NCBI GenBank assembly: GCA_963663805.2
Contig: CAXXMR010000023.1
Location: 1 to 54,267, forward strand
DNA: 54,267 nucleotides
Reading direction: 5' to 3'
Source: Sedimentisphaerales bacterium
Lineage (GTDB): Bacteria; Planctomycetota; Phycisphaerae; Sedimentisphaerales; SM23-30
Made by a program: the position numbers and the translations under genes. The first letter of the stretch is position 1. Each line of letters opens with the position of its first letter. This document shows positions 42,754 to 52,530 of the stretch, one piece after another. The notes beneath the pieces were generated by a model that was not told the origin of the DNA, made no database searches, and saw nothing but the letters and a program-made list of their open reading frames with translations.

Positions 42754-43161
42754 TTACTTTTGTCTGACCATATATACTTCGTTACCGTCTTTGTTGTACT
42801 GCACTTTGTCCATATACGCCTTCATGAGCATAATGCCGCGACCACTGGGCCGGGCGATATTTTCTGCCGCGGTTGGGTCGGGTACATCTTCGGGCCTGAA
42901 ACCACCACCTTCGTCGGTGACACTGACCTCTATAGCTTCATTATCGACGCAATATTTAATCTGGATTTTCTTTTTAACGTCCCGATTGTTGCCGTGGCGA
43001 ATAGCATTGGTGAGAGCCTCTTCGAGACTCAGACGCAGAGCGAACAAGGCTTCATCATCGTAGCCCAGGTTCTCAGCCTCGGTGACGATAGAATCCTCGA
43101 CCTGTTTGGCTTCAGAAAAAACGCTGGTAATGATAACTTCGCGGTACTGTTTATCCGGCAT
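42754..43161 (-). CDS. RsbW/SpoIIAB-type anti-sigma-factor Ser kinase
   Basis: EALTNAIRHGN, DEGGGF and SGRGIMLM. Confidence 0.92.
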   Translation of the reverse strand: MPDKQYREVIITSVFSEAKQVEDSIVTEAENLGYDDEALFALRLSLEEALTNAIRHGNNRDVKKKIQIKYCVDNEAIEVSVTDEGGGFRPEDVPDPTAAENIARPSGRGIMLMKAYMDKVQYNKDGNEVYMVRQK

Positions 43162-43196
43162 AAGAGAAAGACCCGGTTATTGTTTTCCTCAAGAGA

Positions 43197-43553
43197 CTAA
43201 AAACTTTTCATAGCGGTCAAACGGTCGTCAAAAATATCGAAAAGTTTATTGAGCTTGGTAATAACAAAAATTTCCTGAAGCTGGGGCTTGATTTCACAAA
43301 GGTTTAACTGGCCGTCCTGCTCCTCGACTCTTTTGTTGAGACGGATAAGCGTACCCAAAGCGCTGGAGCTGAGATGATTGACTTTGTTGAAACAGAGGAC
43401 CATCCGAATCAGGGGATTCTCCTCAACAAGCCGAAACAGGGCTTCGGCCAACTCGTTAATGGTGGTTTCCTCCAGAATCTCCTGGTCATTCAACTCTACA
43501 ACGGTAATACGTCCTTCGATTTTGACGCTAAGGTGTTTTCCATAGTTCAGCAT
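43197..43553 (-). CDS. STAS-domain anti-sigma-factor antagonist
   Basis: FNKVNHLSSSALGTLI and EIFVITKLNKLF. Confidence 0.9.
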   Translation of the reverse strand: MLNYGKHLSVKIEGRITVVELNDQEILEETTINELAEALFRLVEENPLIRMVLCFNKVNHLSSSALGTLIRLNKRVEEQDGQLNLCEIKPQLQEIFVITKLNKLFDIFDDRLTAMKSF

Positions 43554-43681
43554 TTTTAAGGTCTTTCACTTAAATAAAATAATATCTTCATTCGACCGGG
43601 CCGGGGGCCAAACAGCTTCGCCCGGCATTCTAGCCCATAATCCCCAATATCTCAAGTGAAGGGCAAATATAATTCCGGGAT

Positions 43682-44653
43682 TTATCTGCCCAAGTTGTCC
43701 TGGTCGACAACAAAAAGAATTTTTCTGAGCAGCATATAATTCTGCCCTTTGTATTTGGTAATCTGTCCGGATATGCGAAATCTGGGAGCGTAGCTCATGC
43801 GCATCTCCGCCGAGGCCATCACCTCCAGCAATTGGCAGGGGTGCAACAGCACAGGCGGCTCAGCCATCGACTGATTATCAGCGTCGAAAGTGAAAAGCCA
43901 GCAGCTTTCTACGTTGTCATAAAGTACTCTGCCGACACGATCTACGACCATTTCGCCTTCGAGCCAGCCTTCGTCGGGCTTACTGCCGAGGGTCAGTCTT
44001 TCACGCCTTTGTCGGTCAGCTTCGGTGTCTTGCTCGCGAAGTTCGGAATCGGAAGGCCCCAGCAATTCCAGGGGCGAGACCGGTTTTATCCTTAGCAGGG
44101 CCTGGCGGAATTTTTCGGGCAGTTTATCAGGAGCGCTGTCCTGACCTGCCGGGGCGGGCACGGGGTTGGTTTCGTTATCCCCTTGTCCAAAAAGACTTAC
44201 AGTTGCCACATAGGTGGGCAAAATGAAATTCCGACGGTTAAAAGTGGTAATTTCGCCCCAGATTCTAAACTTGATGGACAGGTCAATCTGATTCTCGGTG
44301 ACCCGATTCATGGCGGTAAGCCACTTGCCGGGCAGTACCTCGATGGGCACAGCCAGCGGGTCGGGGGCGGTCGTCTGGGGGGCTTGTTCTTCGGGTTCAA
44401 AAACAGCAAACCAACGCTGGTCTTCGGGATGGCGAACAAGCTGGGCCACTCGACCGGAGACCATAAAGCCCTCTTTAAGAAGGATTTGCGTCTGATTTGG
44501 ATCCAGAACCAGATTGTCTGGGATAGCCCAGAGCGACGGTATGACCACCAGCATAAAGGCTAGAAAACCCCCTGGTAGCATCCCATAACGTTTGGGTTCA
44601 GCGAGGCAGTTTCTGTTTGAGCATAAGTAATGTTTCATCAATATTATCCGCAA
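43682..44653 (-). CDS. Hypothetical exported protein with an internally duplicated domain
   Basis: LKEG...GRV...W...F...LP...L...FRIWGEITTF repeated as WLEG...GRV...W...F...HP...L...FRISGQITKY. Confidence 0.7.
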   Translation of the reverse strand: MRIILMKHYLCSNRNCLAEPKRYGMLPGGFLAFMLVVIPSLWAIPDNLVLDPNQTQILLKEGFMVSGRVAQLVRHPEDQRWFAVFEPEEQAPQTTAPDPLAVPIEVLPGKWLTAMNRVTENQIDLSIKFRIWGEITTFNRRNFILPTYVATVSLFGQGDNETNPVPAPAGQDSAPDKLPEKFRQALLRIKPVSPLELLGPSDSELREQDTEADRQRRERLTLGSKPDEGWLEGEMVVDRVGRVLYDNVESCWLFTFDADNQSMAEPPVLLHPCQLLEVMASAEMRMSYAPRFRISGQITKYKGQNYMLLRKILFVVDQDNLGR

Positions 44654-44881
44654 AACAAATACATTCGGCAGCTTTGGGCCCAGCGGTCGTTACGGCATTC
44701 ACAGCAGGCCGCCAATAGCCACCCAGACATATTATCGGCCTGTGGACCAGAAAGTGTTTATTGTAGCTGGACAAAAGGAATGAGGCAAGAAATTAGAGAA
44801 TTGTGACATTGCTTGACAGGCGGAATTGAGCGGTTACCATGTTTTTTGAAAATAAAAGTTAAGTTAATAATAGAGGTTAAA

Positions 44882-45619
44882 ATGAAAGTTTCGGTGTTGA
44901 TACCGGCAGCGGGCCAGAGTGTTCGGTTTGGCAGCAAAAAGAAGAAGCAGTTCGCCGAAGTTGACGGCAGAGCGGTTTTTCTACGTTCGGTAGAGGCGTT
45001 CGCGGACCGGGACGATGTGCTGGAAGTGATTCTGGCAATCGCTGAAGATGACGAAGAGCTGTTCAACATTAAATATGGGGCCAGTATCGGTTTTTATGGC
45101 GTCAAGGTCGTCAAGGGCGGTGCGGAACGACATGATACGGTGGCGAAAATGCTGGAGGCGGTAAGCGGAGAGGCGGATTTAATTGCACTGCATGACGCGG
45201 TCCGGCCCTGCGTTACGCCCAAAATGATTGATGATGTTTTCGCGGAAGCAGCCCAAAGCGGGGCAGCGATTCTGGCGGCACCGCTGGTGGGAACGGTTAA
45301 AAAAGTGAATGTCGATAAGAAAATTGTGGAAACAATTGACCGGAGTGAACTATGGGAAGCACAAACCCCGCAGGTCTTCAAACCGGAAATCCTGAAAAAG
45401 GCCTATGCCAATAAAAACGCTCTCACCGAAAAGATAACCGACTGTGCCCAGTTGGTTGAGGCCCTGGGGATACCGGTCAGTATTGTCGAATCGGACCATT
45501 CCAATATTAAAATCACCAATGGCACCGACGCCGCGATTGCCGGGGCGATAATAAAATCCCGGCCTAAACCCAAAGCCAGCGGCCCGACAGGTCCCTGGGC
45601 GGCGGAGCAGATGTGGTAA
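44882..45619 (+). CDS. ispD: 2-C-methyl-D-erythritol 4-phosphate cytidylyltransferase
   Basis: PAAGQSVRF, KQF, GGAERHDTV, HDAVRP, AQTPQVF and NIKIT. Promoter TTGACA-16-TACCAT at 44813-44840. Confidence 0.95.
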   Translation: MKVSVLIPAAGQSVRFGSKKKKQFAEVDGRAVFLRSVEAFADRDDVLEVILAIAEDDEELFNIKYGASIGFYGVKVVKGGAERHDTVAKMLEAVSGEADLIALHDAVRPCVTPKMIDDVFAEAAQSGAAILAAPLVGTVKKVNVDKKIVETIDRSELWEAQTPQVFKPEILKKAYANKNALTEKITDCAQLVEALGIPVSIVESDHSNIKITNGTDAAIAGAIIKSRPKPKASGPTGPWAAEQMW

Positions 45620-45853
45620 TCAGGAAAACGGACAGGAACCGCCCGAACAGCCGGTACCCGTAGCATCAGGACAGCAGCCGCCGGAATCACAGGGCTTCTT
45701 GCTCCCGCCAGAATGAGCGGAAAAAGTGCTGAGCTGTTTTTTTGCCAGCCCGGCACATTGAGGACAGGTGCGGTCAGCATCGTCGGACATGCTGGAGACG
45801 AGCTGCTCAAATTTATGACCGCAGGCTGAACAAAGAAATTCGTATATAGGCAT
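45620..45853 (-). CDS. FmdB-family zinc-ribbon protein
   Basis: MPIYEFLCSACGHKFE...CPQC with a Cys-rich tail. Confidence 0.88.
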   Translation of the reverse strand: MPIYEFLCSACGHKFEQLVSSMSDDADRTCPQCAGLAKKQLSTFSAHSGGSKKPCDSGGCCPDATGTGCSGGSCPFS

Positions 45854-46265
45854 TTTTTTTACTCCATGTCGGTCTGTCACACAGGGTATGTGACAAACAA
45901 GCTGAAATTTTAAAAACAAATAGTAATAATTCCCTTATAGTTACAGTATATTTTATCGGTTATGGTATTGTACGGTGATGAATACCGCGGGGCAAGAAAT
46001 GGAGTTGGCCAACGAGAATTATTAGCGTAACTTTTTTTCGCAAAAGAAGTTAAGCTGGGCAGCTTTTCATGTTACATCTGCGATTCTGTTTGACAACCGA
46101 CTCTGAACTCCGTAATGTATATAAAAAAGGCCCGATAACCGATATGAAAGCCTTGATTATCGGGCCAAATGGGTTATACTATAGTGAAAGTCTTCTTGCT
46201 TTCGAGACGTTGGCATGTCTGGGAGTATGCGTAGTACCATGCGGTTTTTGCTTTTTGCCGTAACG

Positions 46266-46279
46266 TATGTCTGGACATA
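46266..46279. promoter_or_regulatory. Candidate GntR/HutC-type operator TATGTCTGGACATA
   Basis: Palindrome resembling GTCTAGAC boxes, lying between promoter TTGACA-17-TAATGT (46090-46118) and the GntR gene. Confidence 0.45.
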
Positions 46280-46358
46280 AGCCACAATGAGTGGAGTTTT
46301 ACAAAAGTTTAGTAATGATAAATGAGTTGGCCTAACTACCTGGTAACCGGAGGTCGCT

Positions 46359-47720
46359 ATGAACGATATGAATTACACAGCAGATCAGCCCCAAGTCCCG
46401 CTGCATCGCAAAATCGCGGAGAACCTGAGCAGTCAGGTCATCAACGGCAAGCTGAAACCGGGCGAGAAGCTGCCCTCAGAACGTCAGATAGCCGGTCAGT
46501 ATCACGCCTCTCGGGCCACGGTTCGGACGGCGCTGCAGCATCTGGAGCAGGAAGGTTTGATTTCCCGTCGGGAACGACGCAGCGCGGTGGTGGCGATTCG
46601 CAAGAATATGGCGCCGCACCTGCGCATCGCCTGCACAAATACCCGCCTGATGCGTCTGATGACCAAATTGACGGAAATGCAGCTTATGCCCCCCCGCTGC
46701 CAGTTCCAGCTGCTGGACCCGGACCAGCCGGGTGTGGTAAGTCAACTCACCTCCCAGCCAGCGACAGCAGCGGATTTGGTAATTACCGACCTGGAAATGC
46801 TTTACTGCCTGCGTGAACCAAATACCAAGGCTCTGGCTATCCCCGACGCCCTGATAAACGAAGCTCAGATACCGACGGCCATCGAGCGGATGTGTACACA
46901 TAACGGCAAGTTTCTGGCGGTTCCGCTGGGGCTCTCGCCGATGGTAATGTATTTCAACCGGAGCATATTCGCGGAATCCGGACGGGGACTGCCGCATTTC
47001 GACTGGCAGTGGCATGACCTGGAACAAATCGCCCGTGACCTGACGTACAATAATCGCTACGGGTTGCAGTTCAAGCCGAGTTTTTCACATCTGGCAACGA
47101 TTATGGCCAGCAGAGGTTCGGAATATTATCAGGCGGACGGTCGCCTGGCGATTAACAGCTCCAGCGAGTTTGAGCCGACCCTGCGTTTCATCTACGATTT
47201 ACTGCATCACGCCAAAGCATGTCCGATTCTGCCGAAATCCGGCCCGATTGATTTGTTCGCCCAAAGGCGGGCAGCGATGGCGCTGGGCAGTTTTGAGGAT
47301 TTTCGCAACTATAAACGGGCATTGGGAGATGATTTGGAAGTCGGGATTATGCCCGGCCCGGTCGGTCTGCGGCCCTTGACCAGCGGACTGGCGGCGGTGG
47401 TGCTGACGGACCAGGACAGCTTCCAGCCGGTAGAAGACCTGATGCGGTCGCTGTTGTCGCATAATACGCAGATGCTGGTCGCCGAAGCCGCCAATATGAT
47501 GCCGGTCCGCAACGAACTGCTCAACAGCGGAACCCTGCAATCGATGGATATTTCCGAATCAGCCGCCCAGGTATTCCTCCAGAAGCTCAACACCGCTCAA
47601 GCCTGTCATCTGCCCCAGAGCCCCGAATACAAACATAAAGTCGAGACTCTAATGACGGAAATGTGGCTGGGCCTGGACAACATCGACAGTATCTGCCACC
47701 GCATGAAAGAGTTGGGATAA
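46359..47720 (+). CDS. GntR-family regulator fused to a family-1 sugar-binding (ABC SBP-like) domain
   Basis: GEKLPSERQIA...SRATVRTAL HTH, then AVPLGLSPMVMYFNRSIF...WQWHDL; no signal peptide. Confidence 0.88.
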   Translation: MNDMNYTADQPQVPLHRKIAENLSSQVINGKLKPGEKLPSERQIAGQYHASRATVRTALQHLEQEGLISRRERRSAVVAIRKNMAPHLRIACTNTRLMRLMTKLTEMQLMPPRCQFQLLDPDQPGVVSQLTSQPATAADLVITDLEMLYCLREPNTKALAIPDALINEAQIPTAIERMCTHNGKFLAVPLGLSPMVMYFNRSIFAESGRGLPHFDWQWHDLEQIARDLTYNNRYGLQFKPSFSHLATIMASRGSEYYQADGRLAINSSSEFEPTLRFIYDLLHHAKACPILPKSGPIDLFAQRRAAMALGSFEDFRNYKRALGDDLEVGIMPGPVGLRPLTSGLAAVVLTDQDSFQPVEDLMRSLLSHNTQMLVAEAANMMPVRNELLNSGTLQSMDISESAAQVFLQKLNTAQACHLPQSPEYKHKVETLMTEMWLGLDNIDSICHRMKELG

Positions 47721-47763
47721 TTACCCGCTCGATTAAGCGGTTTTTACACAGAGATATAACCAG

Positions 47764-47797
47764 CACCCGTCGACAACACGTTTGTTGACGGGTGTTT
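47764..47797 (+). terminator. Intrinsic terminator
   Basis: CACCCGTCGACAA...TTGTTGACGGGTG followed by TTT. Confidence 0.6.
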
Positions 47798-47820
47798 GCT
47801 TTGTCGATTCGATACTATTA

Positions 47821-47848
47821 TTGACAGAGGGGATTATTCATCTATAAT
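47821..47848 (+). promoter_or_regulatory. Consensus sigma70 promoter TTGACA-16-TATAAT
   Basis: Both hexamers perfect; upstream of the TolC gene. Confidence 0.7.
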
Positions 47849-47949
47849 GCGTGTTTATACTGTTCGGGCCGGGCAAGACCCGGAAACGCCGAGCAGAGAA
47901 GAGGTTAGCCAGCGCATTGCACCAACCTATGGCGAAAGGAATATCCCGA

Positions 47950-49620
47950 ATGCAGATTTCTGTAACCAGCAGAACAATCATGGTTTTATGGTTGTGCCTG
48001 ACCATGACCATAAGCCCCCTGGCCCGACCGGTTCTGGCTCAGAGTGATAACGAGGAAAAACTCATACCCGCAGAAGATGCCTGGAAAGTACTTAGCCGGG
48101 TTGATATGCCGCTGCTGAAAGATGAAGACCGCCAGAGAGCCAAACTTACCCTTCAGGAATGCATCCACCGGGCTCTACAGTTCAGCCATGATATTCAGGC
48201 GGCAACTTACAGCCCGGCGGTGGCGATGACTGATATTGTCGAAGCCGAAGCTGCCTTCGACGCGGTTTTATTCGGAAGTGCCTCCTATGACAACACCGAC
48301 TCGGCGAATCGGTTGAGTACTTTCACAACCAAAACCAACGTGAGCAATCCGGACACCCCCCAATCCGAACGCATTCCGACCGACCCCTATAATCGCACGC
48401 ATGAATACGCCTACTCGCTAGGTCTGCAAAAACGTCTGCCCACCGGGGCTAGTATTGAACTTTCGGAGAACCTTACGCGTTATCGTGATTTGATAGAAGA
48501 TTCGTATTATCTCAATCCATATTATGAATATGAGCTGGACTTGCAGTTCCGCCAGCCTTTACTGCGAGATTTTGGCCTGGACCTCAATCTGGCCGGCATC
48601 AACGCCGCGCGGAACAGATACAAAATCAGTCAGCAGCAATTTCAGCTTCAGGTTGTGCAACTGGTGGCAAATGTGGAAAGCGGCTTTTGGTCGCTGGTCA
48701 TGGCTCGCCAGCAGATGCGGATTTACGGAGACCTCGTAACCCGCTCGGAACAAACCCTGGACCGCCTGTTAGCACGCGAAACCTTTGATGCCGGCAGCAG
48801 TATCATCGCCCGTAACCAGGGACTGATAGCACGGGCACGGGCCAATCTGTTATCGGCACGAAATACGGTTCTGTCACGACAGGATGATTTATTGAGTCTG
48901 CTGAATGACCCCGCCCTGCCCATCGAGGGCGACTGGGAAATAATTCCCATGGACCCGCCTCTAACGTCGGCGTATCACGTGGACCGTCAGGAGGCCTTGA
49001 CAGTGGCAATGTCCTATCGGCCGGAAATTATCGCCCAACGTTTGCAGCTGGATACCGCCCAACTGGCCGTTGGTGTCGCCGACAATCAGCGTTTGCCCCG
49101 GCTGGACCTGGTGGCACGTCAACGCACTCTGGGAGCCGGTTACGATTATGATGATGCTCTGGACCGTCAGGGCGAAATGGACACTTTGAGTTATGGCCTG
49201 GGTTTGAGTTTTGAAATCCCGCTGGGCAATAACCGGGGCGCTCAGGCAGGCTATACGCGGGCCCGTCATCAATTGCGTCAGCAGGAACTCGGTCTGCAAA
49301 GCGTAATCGAACAGGTTCAGGCCGACGTGAGCAGCTCGGTGAATAATCTGGAAAATGTTTACAAGGAAATCAGCGTTCGGAAACAGTCCGCAGGTTCCGA
49401 ATATCATACGCTCCAGGCATACCTTGCCGAAGAAAACTCGGACGTCAAGATAACCGCGGATTTCCTGAACCGCAAATTAGACGCTCAGGAACGTCTGGCC
49501 AGCGCTTATCTGGTAACGGCCCAGACCGTCCTGCGTTACGTATTGTCCATCGCGGATGTGCATCGTGCCCAGGGTACGCTGCTGCGTTACAACAATGTCA
49601 AACTGGCGGAAATGCCCTAA
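47950..49620 (+). CDS. TolC-family outer-membrane efflux protein
   Basis: Signal peptide, LTLQECIHRAL, RQPLLRDFG, RPEI, LPRLDL and FEIPLGN. Confidence 0.88.
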   Translation: MQISVTSRTIMVLWLCLTMTISPLARPVLAQSDNEEKLIPAEDAWKVLSRVDMPLLKDEDRQRAKLTLQECIHRALQFSHDIQAATYSPAVAMTDIVEAEAAFDAVLFGSASYDNTDSANRLSTFTTKTNVSNPDTPQSERIPTDPYNRTHEYAYSLGLQKRLPTGASIELSENLTRYRDLIEDSYYLNPYYEYELDLQFRQPLLRDFGLDLNLAGINAARNRYKISQQQFQLQVVQLVANVESGFWSLVMARQQMRIYGDLVTRSEQTLDRLLARETFDAGSSIIARNQGLIARARANLLSARNTVLSRQDDLLSLLNDPALPIEGDWEIIPMDPPLTSAYHVDRQEALTVAMSYRPEIIAQRLQLDTAQLAVGVADNQRLPRLDLVARQRTLGAGYDYDDALDRQGEMDTLSYGLGLSFEIPLGNNRGAQAGYTRARHQLRQQELGLQSVIEQVQADVSSSVNNLENVYKEISVRKQSAGSEYHTLQAYLAEENSDVKITADFLNRKLDAQERLASAYLVTAQTVLRYVLSIADVHRAQGTLLRYNNVKLAEMP

Positions 49621-49662
49621 GACAATTTATCGGGGGTGATAATGAATGTTTGCAGAGGTATC

Positions 49663-52451
49663 ATGAAGAAGTATCTATTCATATCAGCGTTATTGGTTCT
49701 GGCTTCCGCTCTGGTCGGTTCTTTGCACGCCGAGGACGACCCCAACCTGACCCGCTCGGTGGTGGTAATCGAAACCAATTACGGCGACATCACCGTCGAG
49801 CTTTACGCCGACCTGACACCCATAACGGTAACCAACTTCCTGAGCTACGTTGACAAAAACTTCTACGATGGGCTGATCTTCCATCGGGTTATCGAAGATT
49901 TCATGATTCAGGCGGGCACTTACGACACTGATTTATATAATGCCAACCCCGACAACGACCCGAACTATTTCGAAAGCTCAGACTGGACGCACGATGGGCT
50001 TTTCTGGCACGAACCAGACGACCCCATTGTGAACGAAGCCAACGAAGACCTGGAAAATCTCCGCGGTACTATTTCTATGGCCCGGACCAGCGACCCGGAT
50101 TCCGCCACCAGTCAGTTTTTCATCAACCACGATGACAACGCCAGTCTGGACAAAGCCACCGGAAATGACGGATACGCGGTTTTCGGTAAGGTTCTCGCTG
50201 GCATGGATGTGGTCGATAATATCGCCGCGGAACCAACCATGACGATTGGCGGCGACTCCGATTACGCAATAGACGACGTTCCGGCTGAACCGGTGGTGAT
50301 TTATACCGTAACCCGGCTTTTCGCTTTCGACGCTAACAGCGCCATACTGGACGAGGTCGAGTTCCTTTATGCCGACCAGGACACCCGACGCACGCTCGTC
50401 GGCCAGAAAGGCCTGCTCGCTCAGAACATTGTACGAACATTTACTCAGGAAACCTTCCTCGGCATCGAAGCCCTGCGTATCGAACAGGATGCTTCAAAGA
50501 CCAACAGCGTCGATGATTTCAGTGTGCTGCTGGCCAAGGACACAGACGGCAAAGTCTGGGTACTGGAATATACAGAAGCCGATGAAACCATTTTCACTGC
50601 CGAAACGCTGCTGGAAAAAGTTGACCCCGCCGAAGTCGATAATATCTGGGTGAAACTCATCGGCGGTGCCGCCGCGGTGGGCGATTCATTCAACAAAACC
50701 ATCGCTCAGGATGACATAGACATTCAGCGAATCGAACAAATTATCAGTCTCCGACGCCGCCCTGCCGAAATATCCGGAATTCGGTAACGAGTTCGCTCTG
50801 GTCAAAGGCGTCCAGGGGCCCAACGAAGTTTATCTGCGGCACGACTGGGTGTACTATCACCCATCAGTCGGACTGGTGCTGGAATTGTGGAACGCAATTG
50901 ATGATCCCAACCTGATTAACACGGACCTGTTCGACCCGAATGTGACCAGCCCGGATTTGACAGCCGCGGGGATGCTGGACGATAGCCTGCTCGACCAAAC
51001 CCGCATCGACTTGACCGAAGACGGCTGGCGACTTGCCTGGTTCGGCACTACTGCCCCCACCTTCGACCCCAATCACAGTTTTGATTTTTCTGACGTCCCC
51101 TATTTGCACGCCGAGCCTAACGATGTACGCTATTATCGAGGCCAGGGCGAACTGCTCTATAGCGGCTATGTCATGTCGTTCAGCGCCGAAGAGGTTCTGG
51201 ATACGCAATGTTTGCGGATAAGTGAAAGCGCGGTCCCGGAGGCGTCAATGGTCAGTCAGGACCGCTGGCTGGCGGCTGACCCCGACGGAAACGGCTACCT
51301 GTTCCGCATAGACCAGGACGGCGATACCGTCTTTCTCGCTGAGCATGTCGATGAGATTCTCCCCTTCACCGAACTGCCCAATATCCACTATCGCATGATG
51401 GCCAACGATTTCGACACCAACACCGTAATCGAAATTGTCGACGGCGAACGGGAAAGCATCTCGGAAATGGACTCTGATTCGGTTGTGGTCAGATACGACC
51501 ATGACGAGGATGTCAACTGGCTGTTCTACGAAGAACCCGTCGGACTCGTACTGGATTTGTGGGGCGACGCTAACGACCTGGAAAGCACCGGCTTCTATCT
51601 GCTCGACCCGAACGATATGGAAGATGTTCATATCAAACTAAAGGCCGGCAAGTACAGCACCGACCAAAAAGACAGCTTCAAAGTATGGGGGCAACTGTCC
51701 CGATTTAACATTAAACGCGTTCGCCGACAGCACCGATGAACTGATTATAAGCGTTGGTCCCTGGCGCAGCGGAATTCCTGTAGCAGAGCTTGACTATAGC
51801 GTAAGAAAAAACGTTTATAAGTATAAAGGCTATCCCGAAGCAGGTCAGGGCGGCAAGGTCGATATCGAAATAGACCTGGACGAAGGAACCTTTGAGTTCT
51901 CCGTCACAAAAATTGACCTGACCGGTCTGGACACTCCTATCGTCGCTGAATTAGCGGTGGGTGACTATCACGGCCTGGGAATCGCCCAGACCCCAAATGA
52001 TGAACCCGTAAACGCCCGATTCCTCATGGGCGTACGAGATTATGTCCGCGCTACCAAGTTCAACATGACCACCTTCCAGCCCGACGACAGCTATAAAGAC
52101 TCCATAAAGGTCAGCGGCCAAATCGCCTTCGCCAACTATCCCGTCGATTTGACCGGCATCAAAGTCACCTACAAATGGGGTAGCCGCAGTTTCAGTGTCC
52201 CCGCAGGTGACAATGGCTTCTACGACTCCAACGGCAAGGGCAAATACGTCTTCAAAGGATATTCCGGCTATTCCGGTTATATTAAAAGCGCATATATCGA
52301 TGTCGAAAGAGGCACGTTTCTTATCTACATAAGAAACACATATTCGCTTTCAACACCGCCCCAGGATTTCACCATTTCCTTCACCGATGAAGACGATAAT
52401 GATTTCAGCGAAGTCCTCGAAGACCTCCGCGACCCCCTGCCCAAATATTAA
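49663..52451 (+). CDS. Secreted cyclophilin-type peptidyl-prolyl isomerase with long acidic repeat extension; frameshifts near 50750 and 51710
   Basis: FHRVIEDFMIQAG, GTISMART, SATSQFFIN and YAVFGKV. Downstream ORF pieces are in the same orientation, share repeats and have no intergenic gaps. Confidence 0.75.
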
Positions 52452-52476
52452 CCAATCCCGAAACGAATAATAATAA

Positions 52477-52516
52477 TAAACCCCGCAAGCCAAAAACTCG
52501 CGGGGTTTATTTTTTC
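52477..52516. terminator. Bidirectional terminator
   Basis: TAAACCCCGC...GCGGGGTTTATTTTT between convergent genes. Confidence 0.7.
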
Positions 52517-52530
52517 CACAAACCGTATCG

